This document shows, in pieces, positions 27,949-35,712 of a stretch of 64,000 nt of DNA. The translations under genes were made by a program, and so were the position numbers. The notes beneath the pieces are model-generated. The model was not told the DNA's origin. It made no database searches and was given only the letters and a program-made list of their open reading frames with translations. Position 1 is the stretch's first letter; each line of letters begins with the position of its first letter. Source of the stretch: Candidatus Levyibacteriota bacterium (GTDB lineage: Bacteria > Patescibacteriota > Microgenomatia > Levybacterales > UBA12049); contig OY970292.1 of NCBI GenBank assembly GCA_963716145.1, forward strand, positions 746,169-810,168, written 5' to 3'.

Positions 27949-28048
27949 AAGGGAATGTTATCATCGTAAAAGTTATCTGTCAATAAACCGATTGAGATTG
28001 TTAATAAAACATATCGCTAAATTCAAAAAAGTGCTAAAATAGGCGGAC

Positions 28049-28513
28049 ATGACTAAACTTTCATCAGACATAACAATTGAACAGTTGACTGCGTTTTCCA
28101 CAGAAGACGCGGAGGCGATAAGGCAGCTTGTTGCCCAACTCGGTTCAACTTTTCATCCTTTAACTGATACTGATCTTAAGGGTATGCTTTCCTCCCCTAC
28201 TCTCCACCTTTTTACAGCACGTGATTCAAAAACAAACCAGATTATAGGCATGGGGACGCTGGCTATTTACCGTATTCCATATCTCAAGAAAGCTTATCTT
28301 GATGACTTTATTATTTCCGATGAATATCAGGGCCAGGGAATAGGATCAATGCTTATGGAATCTGTGATTGAAAAAGCGAAAATCGAAGGAGTAGCGTATA
28401 TGGAATTTACCTCCAATCCCACTCGTGTTGGAGCCAATAACTTTTATCAAAAAATGGGATTTGAGAAGCGGGAGACCAATGTTTACAGACTGACCTTTGA
28501 TCATGCAGAATAA
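28049..28513 (+). CDS. GNAT-family N-acetyltransferase
   Basis: 'YQGQGIGSMLMESVIEKAK' acetyl-CoA binding motif A. Confidence 0.75.
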   Translation: MTKLSSDITIEQLTAFSTEDAEAIRQLVAQLGSTFHPLTDTDLKGMLSSPTLHLFTARDSKTNQIIGMGTLAIYRIPYLKKAYLDDFIISDEYQGQGIGSMLMESVIEKAKIEGVAYMEFTSNPTRVGANNFYQKMGFEKRETNVYRLTFDHAE

Positions 28514-29165
28514 ACTTGTCTTATTTGACATTGACCACACAATTTTTAATGCAACTTTGTACCGCAATAATTTATATGCAAATCTTGCCAAAGAAATAGG
28601 GTCCGATGTTAAGAAATTTTCTGAAACCGCAACAAAAAAATATGAGCAGCTCAGAAAAACCACCTATTTCTTCACTCCTGATCTTTTTCTTAAAACTATC
28701 CTTGCCCAATCGGAAAAAGCAACAGATCTCAAGAAAATTGAGGCTGTTTTTTGGAATAAAGAGCTTTACGAATCATGCGTATATCCTGATGTCAAAAAAG
28801 TTTTTGCGGATCTTGTTAAGAAAGGAATTCAAATCGGAATATTTTCAACCGGAGATCTTGCTCATCAAAAGATAAAAATTGAGAGCCTTAAGGAATATCT
28901 TTCAGAAAACCATATTTACATCTCCCAGGATAAATTTAAAATCATAAAAGGTACACTTGATGGATATAAAAAATATCAAATTTATCTGATTGATGACTAT
29001 CCGCAAATTTTGGAAAGCGCCAAGATGCATAACAAAAATGTTTTTACGGTGTTTATCAAAAGAGAAGAAAGCTATCGGGGCCTGCTGATTCCTGACAATT
29101 TTGAGCCTGATGCAACTATTAACAATTTGGATCAATTAACTGATATAATCAGGACCGAGAAATAA
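28497..29165 (+). CDS. HAD-superfamily hydrolase
   Basis: N-terminal 'LVLFDIDHTIF' DxD motif I; 'IGIFSTGD' motif. Confidence 0.6.
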   Translation: MIMQNKLVLFDIDHTIFNATLYRNNLYANLAKEIGSDVKKFSETATKKYEQLRKTTYFFTPDLFLKTILAQSEKATDLKKIEAVFWNKELYESCVYPDVKKVFADLVKKGIQIGIFSTGDLAHQKIKIESLKEYLSENHIYISQDKFKIIKGTLDGYKKYQIYLIDDYPQILESAKMHNKNVFTVFIKREESYRGLLIPDNFEPDATINNLDQLTDIIRTEK

Positions 29166-29237
29166 CTTATAACCTATGACTAATAACATCGCTTTTGTTA
29201 TCAGTTATATGTTATTCGTTATCTGTTCGAAAAATTT

Positions 29238-31010
29238 ATGTGTGGAATATTCGGTTATATTGGGAACAAAGACGCTGCGAAAGTTGTCGCGACCGGTCTG
29301 AAACGGCTTGAGTACAGGGGTTACGACTCCTGGGGAATCGCTGTTGTTGATAAAGAGATCCACATTTCCAAAACAGTTGGGGCAATCGGAGACTTCGCAA
29401 AAGACATAGATCTTCCAAAAGCTTTTATCAGCATCGGCCACACCAGGTGGGCCACTCACGGAGGCGTTACTGAGACCAATGCCCACCCGCACTATTCAAC
29501 TGATAAATCTTTTGCCCTTGCCCAGAATGGAATTGTTGAGAATTACACTGAACTAAAAGAAAACTTAATAAAAAAGGGCTATAAATTTGAGAGCGAAACA
29601 GACACAGAGGTAATTGTCAGGCTAATTGAAGATAAATTAAAGACAGAAAAGGATTTAATGAAAGCCGTAAGAGCTGCTTTTTTACAACTCACTGGCAGGA
29701 ACACAATAATTTTAATATCAAAAACCGGACAAGTTATAGCCGCCAGAAATGGTTCTCCGCTAGTCATAGGCAAGAATTTTGAAACTGATGAAATTTTTAT
29801 CTCGTCAGACACTCTCTCCTTTGCCCCTTTTGCCAAAAAAATGATAGTTGTTGAAAATGGCCAGATGATCGATATTCAGAATAAAGAAATCTTAATTTCT
29901 GACCTCAAAACAGGCAACAATCTGGATTATAGATTTGAAGATATCGGATTTCAGGCTGAGAAAATAGACAAAGAAGGCTTTGACCACTTTATGCTTAAGG
30001 AGATCCATGAAAGTTCTTATGTGATTGAACAGCTAATCAATCAAGATAAATCTCTTTATGAAAAACTTGCGGAGGATATAAAACAGGCTGAAAATATCTA
30101 TACTATTGGCTCGGGAACTGCGGGAATAGCTGCTGCGCAAATTGCTTTTTATCTCAGATCAATCGGCAAGATTAAGGCAATTAGCCTGATAGGTGCCGAT
30201 TGCACAGAGTATCTTCATCTATTTAAAAAAGGAGATGTGATAATCGCGCCTTCCCAATCCGGTGAGACAGCTGACGTATTGGAAATTCTGGAAAAATGCA
30301 AAGAAAAAGGTTTAAAAATTGCCTCGCTTGTAAATATGCCCGGCTCCTCAATGAGCAGACTTTCCGATTATAAATTTATGATGATGGCAGGACCTGAAAT
30401 TTGCGTCATGTCAACCAAAGCTTTTACTTCACAAATTGCCTGGGGCTATTTACTTAGCAAGGTAGTTGAAGGGAAATATGAGCAAGGAGTTAAAAATCTT
30501 AAAAATTTGAGCGTAGAACTGAACAAGTGGTTATCGGATAAAGATAATCACGAAAGTATCAAGAAACTTGCGGCAAGTTTAATAAAGAAAAAGGACATAT
30601 TCCTGCTCGGAAAACACCAGAATTTCCAAATCATAAGAGAAGGAATGGTCAAACTAATTGAAGGGGCTTACAAACATGCACATGCCCTGCCGGCGGGTGA
30701 TTTGAAACATTATGTAATTACTTTAATCGAAAAAGGAATTCCTGTAATTGTTGCTGTTTCTGAAGACGAAGTTAAAACCGATCTGATTAACGCAGTTCAC
30801 GAAGTCAAAGCAAGAGGAGCACATGTTATAGCCATAGCCCCAAAACCTCATCCGGATTACGACACTTTTATCAAAGTACCGGATGCCGGTGAACCGACAG
30901 CTATTATTAATGTAATTCCGCTGCAGCTTCTTGCATACTATTTGGCTCTACAATTAGGCAATAATGTCGACAAACCCAGAAATATTGCTAAATCTGTTAC
31001 AGTGAAATAA
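29238..31010 (+). CDS. glmS: glutamine--fructose-6-phosphate aminotransferase (isomerizing)
   Basis: 'MCGIFGYIG' Ntn Cys, two SIS domains, length 590 aa. Confidence 0.9.
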   Translation: MCGIFGYIGNKDAAKVVATGLKRLEYRGYDSWGIAVVDKEIHISKTVGAIGDFAKDIDLPKAFISIGHTRWATHGGVTETNAHPHYSTDKSFALAQNGIVENYTELKENLIKKGYKFESETDTEVIVRLIEDKLKTEKDLMKAVRAAFLQLTGRNTIILISKTGQVIAARNGSPLVIGKNFETDEIFISSDTLSFAPFAKKMIVVENGQMIDIQNKEILISDLKTGNNLDYRFEDIGFQAEKIDKEGFDHFMLKEIHESSYVIEQLINQDKSLYEKLAEDIKQAENIYTIGSGTAGIAAAQIAFYLRSIGKIKAISLIGADCTEYLHLFKKGDVIIAPSQSGETADVLEILEKCKEKGLKIASLVNMPGSSMSRLSDYKFMMMAGPEICVMSTKAFTSQIAWGYLLSKVVEGKYEQGVKNLKNLSVELNKWLSDKDNHESIKKLAASLIKKKDIFLLGKHQNFQIIREGMVKLIEGAYKHAHALPAGDLKHYVITLIEKGIPVIVAVSEDEVKTDLINAVHEVKARGAHVIAIAPKPHPDYDTFIKVPDAGEPTAIINVIPLQLLAYYLALQLGNNVDKPRNIAKSVTVK

Positions 31011-31097
31011 TCGCAATTATTTCATCCTGAGCCTGTCGAAGGATCTCAAGGATCTATTGCAAGATTCTTCACAAAAGATTAGAATGGCAAAACTAAT

Positions 31098-32105
31098 ATG
31101 AATAACTTGAATAGCAAACCAAAGATCGTTGTCATCGGCGGCGGGACAGGCAGTTTTGCCGCTCTTTCAGGGCTTAAAATACATCCTGTTAGCTTATCGG
31201 CAATTGTCACGATGAGCGACTCCGGAGGGAGCAATAAACGCATCAGGGATGAGTTCGGACTTTTACCAACCTCTGACATCCGCCAATGCTTGGTCGCGCT
31301 TTCTGATGAAGTTGGACACAGAGGACTTCTCCGCCAGCTTTTTATGTATAGATTCAACAAAGGCGAGGGCATCTCGGGTATGACCTTTGGCAACCTCTTC
31401 ATGGCGGCTTTATCAGATATTTTGGGCTCCCAGGAAGAAGCAGTCCGGCAAACGGGAAAGGTTCTTCGTATACGAGGCACAGTAATACCTGTGTCTTTTA
31501 CTGACACCAATCTCTTTGCCGAATATGAAGACGGAAAAATTGTCAACGAGGAACATCTTATCGACGAACCAATACCCGGAAGTATTGATTCAAAAATTAA
31601 AAAGGTGTATCTAAAGCCTAAGGCCAAAGTTAATCCTGAGGCCGTAAAAGCTATTCTAAAAGCAGATTATATCGTAATCGGACCCGGAGACTTATATACA
31701 AGCATTATTCCCAACCTTTTAGTGGATGGCTTAAGTACTGCGCTTGCTAAAACAAAAGCAAAAAAAGTTTATGTGCTGAACCTAATGACAAAATATGGAC
31801 AAACAACTGACTGCAAGGCTTCAGATCACATTACAATTCTGGAAAAATACATCGGAAAAAATCTACTTGATGCTGTTTTGGTTAACACCCAAAAGCCCAG
31901 CAAAATGGCCTTGGAATGGTATAAAGATTTTGAAGAATATCCTGTGGTAGATGACCTAAACAAATTAAAATCAACCCAGATAATCAGAGCGCGCTTACTT
32001 AAAGACGCAATTATTGGAAAAGACAGCTCAGATCATCTCAAGCGGAGCATCATCCGCCATGACCCTGAAAAACTGGCAAGCGAAATAATGAAGCTTCTAA
32101 ACTAA
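31098..32105 (+). CDS. YvcK/CofD-family protein (UPF0052, gluconeogenesis factor-like)
   Basis: 'KIVVIGGGTGSFAALSGLK', 'VTMSDSGGSNKRIRDEFG' signature. Confidence 0.75.
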   Translation: MNNLNSKPKIVVIGGGTGSFAALSGLKIHPVSLSAIVTMSDSGGSNKRIRDEFGLLPTSDIRQCLVALSDEVGHRGLLRQLFMYRFNKGEGISGMTFGNLFMAALSDILGSQEEAVRQTGKVLRIRGTVIPVSFTDTNLFAEYEDGKIVNEEHLIDEPIPGSIDSKIKKVYLKPKAKVNPEAVKAILKADYIVIGPGDLYTSIIPNLLVDGLSTALAKTKAKKVYVLNLMTKYGQTTDCKASDHITILEKYIGKNLLDAVLVNTQKPSKMALEWYKDFEEYPVVDDLNKLKSTQIIRARLLKDAIIGKDSSDHLKRSIIRHDPEKLASEIMKLLN

Positions 32106-32306
32106 CAAAAAAGCCTGCTTTTGACAGACTTTTTTGTTGATTTATATAGATTTCTTGCTTTTACACTTTCTATCTATACTCTTCGCTTTTACCGTGTCCC
32201 TCAAAATTAAGATTCTAGAACACTTAACCTTTTGGCAAGTTAAACTGTTGCAACAGCCAACACTTATAGCGTAATACCTTTTGGGGCTAATTGTCAATAT
32301 AGTTGA

Positions 32307-33683
32307 TTATTCAACTAAGCTGCATGCGATTTTAATTCCCTCTGAATATGTTGGATATGCATGGATCATTTCTGAGAGCTCTTTGGCTGTGACATCACAC
32401 TTTATAGCTAAGGCGATTTCATGAATCAGCTCCCCTGCCCGGGGCGCTACAATCGAACCGCCGATTATAACACCGCTTTTATCGGTAATTACTTTCACAA
32501 ATCCGTCAAAATCATTGGCGGTATTGGCCCGCCCCAGAATACCGATTGCCATGATGCCTTTTTTAATCTTGATGCCCTTTTCGATTGCTTCTTTTTCTGA
32601 AATTCCAACTGAGGCTACTTCAGGAGTTATAAAAACACAACGCGGCACGACCGTATAATCTACCCGCTTTTTCTTTTTGGAGAAGGCATTGTGAGCTGCA
32701 ATATAGCTTTGGTAATTACCGCTGTGAGTGAAAAGATAAGGACCCACAACATCTCCTGCCGCAAAAACATGAGGATTTGTTGTCTGAAGTTCTCTAGTTA
32801 CTTTTAACTGCCTCTTTTCTATTTTGATATCGGCTTTCTCAGGAGCGAAATTAAGGAGCAGCACCTTACCCGTCGCGATCAAAATTTCATCAAACTCGCC
32901 AAAATACTGATTCTCCCCTTTTTGGAAATGAACTACTTTTTTATCATGCTTTTTTTCAACTTTTATTACACCTGTTTCGGTAAGAACCGTAATACCCTTA
33001 TTTTCGAATAATGCTTTAACCAAATCGCTTACTTCCGCGTCTTCTTTGCTTAGCAGTTTCTCAGACCTATTCACAATAGTTACTTTTGTGCCAAAACTTG
33101 CGAAAATCTGAGCAAATTCGCAGCCAATTGCTCCTCCTCCAAAAATCAAAAGCGATGCAGGCAGCTTCTCAAGATCCACTGCTTCTTTATAGGTAATATA
33201 CCCCACGTCTGGCAATCCTGTTATAGGCGGAATAAAAGTCTCTGAACCTGTGGCAATAATAAATTTGGAGGCTGAGTATATCTTGCCCCCTGCTTCAACC
33301 TCATGGGACGAAACAAAAGCTGCTTTATGCCGTATTACCTCAATACCGTCTTTGTGGAATGCGGCTGCCCCATGTGACGCACCGGTTCTTGAGACAACCA
33401 GATCCTTCCATTTTTTAACCAAATGGTGATTTACCGGTACATGAGTTGCCTCAATACCGTACATTTTTGCTGATTTTACTGTTTCTAGAACATGACCCGC
33501 GTGAAGAAGAGCTTTGGTGGGAACGCAGGCAAAATTAGGGCACTCACCGCCTATTGCCCCTGCTTCAAAAAGCGCGACTGTTTTCCCCAGCTCCCGTGCC
33601 GTATGCGCGGCTACAGATCCCCCAGCGCCTGAGCCTATGATGATAAGGTCATAATCATATTTTTTCTTCTTAAAGGGCAGCAT
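32307..33683 (-). CDS. class I pyridine nucleotide-disulfide oxidoreductase, dihydrolipoyl dehydrogenase (Lpd) family
   Basis: FAD 'IIIGSGAGGSVAA', redox-active 'GGECPNFACVPTK', NAD 'LLIFGGGAIGCEFA', C-terminal dimerisation 'HAYPTYSE'. Confidence 0.8.
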   Translation of the reverse strand: MLPFKKKKYDYDLIIIGSGAGGSVAAHTARELGKTVALFEAGAIGGECPNFACVPTKALLHAGHVLETVKSAKMYGIEATHVPVNHHLVKKWKDLVVSRTGASHGAAAFHKDGIEVIRHKAAFVSSHEVEAGGKIYSASKFIIATGSETFIPPITGLPDVGYITYKEAVDLEKLPASLLIFGGGAIGCEFAQIFASFGTKVTIVNRSEKLLSKEDAEVSDLVKALFENKGITVLTETGVIKVEKKHDKKVVHFQKGENQYFGEFDEILIATGKVLLLNFAPEKADIKIEKRQLKVTRELQTTNPHVFAAGDVVGPYLFTHSGNYQSYIAAHNAFSKKKKRVDYTVVPRCVFITPEVASVGISEKEAIEKGIKIKKGIMAIGILGRANTANDFDGFVKVITDKSGVIIGGSIVAPRAGELIHEIALAIKCDVTAKELSEMIHAYPTYSEGIKIACSLVE

Positions 33684-33690
33684 AAAATTA

Positions 33691-33805
33691 GTATATCAGA
33701 ATTTTCAATTTTTAATTATCAATTTTCATTGAATTTTAAATGACGAAATTTTTAAACATTGAAACATTGTAGTTTGATTGAAAATTTTAAATTGTAAATT
33801 AAAAA
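33691..33805. repeat. AT-rich ~100-bp intergenic element, copy A (about 80% identical to 49160-49264)
   Basis: shared blocks 'tcaatttttaatt', 'tcaattttcattgaatttt', 'cattgta.tttgattgaaaatt'; directly upstream of the lpd start codon and contains TGATATACT 7 nt before the ATG. Confidence 0.6.
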
Positions 33806-33806
33806 T

Positions 33807-34076
33807 TTAGGAGATATCCCTGTGAGTATCGTACATATAAGCAACGTCTTTATTATATTTTTTCAAACTCTCCGTAACGTGCTTATGTATCGAATGGGCT
33901 GATACTTCATGCGCGTCTTTAAACCCCTCTGTTACTTCGTGTGCTACCATATTGGAAATTAGCTCTGATTCCTCATCAGACATCCGAAGCGTCATACACG
34001 CGGCAAATACACTGGCATAGACTTTCCGCTCGTCGTACCGCTCCTTGTGCCCTTTTCTTTTGACTATGTGTTCCAT
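33807..34076 (-). CDS. stand-alone ATP-cone domain protein (89 aa)
   Basis: 'IVKRKGHKERYDERKVYASVFAAC' ATP-cone N-terminal pattern; no zinc ribbon or RNR domain attached. Confidence 0.55.
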   Translation of the reverse strand: MEHIVKRKGHKERYDERKVYASVFAACMTLRMSDEESELISNMVAHEVTEGFKDAHEVSAHSIHKHVTESLKKYNKDVAYMYDTHRDIS

Positions 34077-34146
34077 ACTTTGATTATAGCTAATGGCGTA
34101 TAGCTTATCGCTTATAGAATTTCCATATGCAATTTGCCATAAGCTA

Positions 34147-34851
34147 TTAGCCGAAATTTATCGTCCCATTGGCGATTAAGATCAAAAGCCAGCCAAGCGC
34201 AATAAGCATATAACCGATTGCAAACCTCATATATCCTTTGTTGCTCTGTTTCCATTTCTTAATTTTATCTACTTTCATTCCACCTGCCACTAGCAACAAA
34301 ATAACGACTAAAGGCAAGACGAAAACAACATTGTAGAGAATTAAGAGCATGAATGCTTGAAAATTAAAGTTGAGTGACAGGAGTGTAATTATTGCAAGAT
34401 ACGGAGCTCCCGTACATGGAAGTTCAACTGCTGCTATAAAACAGCCAAGAAGAATCACGCCGGTTGTGGTTACATTTTTTGAGTAGTCATGAATTTTTTG
34501 GGCAAAATAAGGCGGGATTTGGAGTGAAAAACCCTGCCCGTACCAGAAAAAGTCTTTTATTTCCAAAAGCCCGGCAAGAACTACAAAGAAGCCTACGATC
34601 AAAGCCAAATATTCGGCTACAAAAAGTGGGACACTTTGCAGGAAGTAGATCAAGCCAAGTCCCGCGAGAAGATAGGTGAAAAAAATTGCCCCTATATAGA
34701 GTCCCCCAAGGTACAAAAGCTTGCCGACCGATCCTTTACCTCCGAGGACAACAGATACCATTAAAATCAAAACGCCGATCGCGCAGGGATTTATAGAATC
34801 AATTGCAGCTGATATCAGAACAACCGATAACGTTGGCAGGTCAATATTCAT
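34147..34851 (-). CDS. ccdA: CcdA/DsbD-family transmembrane thiol-disulfide electron transporter
   Basis: 6 TM helices, Cys in TM1 'INPCAIGVL' and TM4 'VELPCTGAPYL'. Confidence 0.7.
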   Translation of the reverse strand: MNIDLPTLSVVLISAAIDSINPCAIGVLILMVSVVLGGKGSVGKLLYLGGLYIGAIFFTYLLAGLGLIYFLQSVPLFVAEYLALIVGFFVVLAGLLEIKDFFWYGQGFSLQIPPYFAQKIHDYSKNVTTTGVILLGCFIAAVELPCTGAPYLAIITLLSLNFNFQAFMLLILYNVVFVLPLVVILLLVAGGMKVDKIKKWKQSNKGYMRFAIGYMLIALGWLLILIANGTINFG

Positions 34852-34937
34852 AATTTCAAATTTCTAATTTCCAATTTCAAATCAACAAATACCATTTGAG
34901 ATTTGATATTTGTAATTGGTATTTATTGGAAATTACC

Positions 34938-35663
34938 CTAGTGGTGCCCTCCTTTCACCTTTCCGGTTTTTTCAGAAACTTTATAACTCCTGCAAAGCTT
35001 GTCAGTTTTATCTTTGGGAGAATCAAACTCAACAATAATACAATCTCCCTGCGGGACAACTGAGAAAGGCGAGATAACATAATTTGCGGGATCTGCTATT
35101 TTTTGCTGGGAGTAATGATTATCTTTGTCAGTTTTATAAACAAACATTTGAACTTCACTCATGGTCTGCCCGGGACAATTTGTGCCATTCTTAACCGAAA
35201 GATTGCTATTATTTGTGGGCAAACTAAACGACCCGCTTGATAATTGTCCACCTACTACTTGGAAAAATTTGCCCACACTCGCATCCGTTGGCGCGAAAAC
35301 CACACCTTCAAGATGAATCCTCTTATCATTGTGTTCGTGAAGTGTCGGAGTTCCGATCTTATTGCTCAATCCTTTGGGATCTTTCAGGTCTACTTCTTTC
35401 CCGCAAGCCCAGACTTCAAAATCCGCGTGCCAGTGAACAGGTCCTCCGCTTGATGAAACAACATTTAGATAAACAGTTGAGGCGGACATCACAATTGTCG
35501 GGATTAAAGCCGAAACCAAGATTGATAAAAATAGGATTTTTTTATTATCCGGACTTAACTTTTTTGCTTTTAACGCAACTAGAGCGAGTACTATCAAAAA
35601 GATTGACCCAAATAAGAGAAGATAAAGAGAGTACGTGTTTAAGACTTGTTCTAAGTTTTCCAT
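34938..35663 (-). CDS. membrane-anchored extracytoplasmic protein with His-rich motifs (HWHADFEVWACGKE, HEHNDKRIH, C-terminal GGHH), putative metal-binding
   Basis: N-terminal TMs; histidine and cysteine clusters; no family recognised. Confidence 0.35.
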   Translation of the reverse strand: MENLEQVLNTYSLYLLLFGSIFLIVLALVALKAKKLSPDNKKILFLSILVSALIPTIVMSASTVYLNVVSSSGGPVHWHADFEVWACGKEVDLKDPKGLSNKIGTPTLHEHNDKRIHLEGVVFAPTDASVGKFFQVVGGQLSSGSFSLPTNNSNLSVKNGTNCPGQTMSEVQMFVYKTDKDNHYSQQKIADPANYVISPFSVVPQGDCIIVEFDSPKDKTDKLCRSYKVSEKTGKVKGGHH

Positions 35664-35712
35664 AGCACTTCTATAATAACGATAGCTTATCTATAAATTT
35701 TATTCAATAGAT

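Noticed and set aside
29166-29237. Looked for a glmS ribozyme upstream of glmS
   Set aside because: Only about 70 nt of AT-rich leader is present, too short for the roughly 170-nt ribozyme core and with no recognisable P1-P2 pseudoknot sequence.
31011-31097. Possible Tn7-like attTn7 insertion downstream of glmS
   Set aside because: Only 87 bp separate the glmS stop from the yvcK-like gene. There is no inserted element.
32106-32306. 200-bp gap between convergent yvcK-like and lpd-like genes, checked for a small RNA (SRP RNA, 6S)
   Set aside because: No conserved SRP domain IV motif or 6S-like bubble is recognisable by eye. Only a weak AT-rich hairpin (aaaagcctgctttt) is present, likely a bidirectional terminator.
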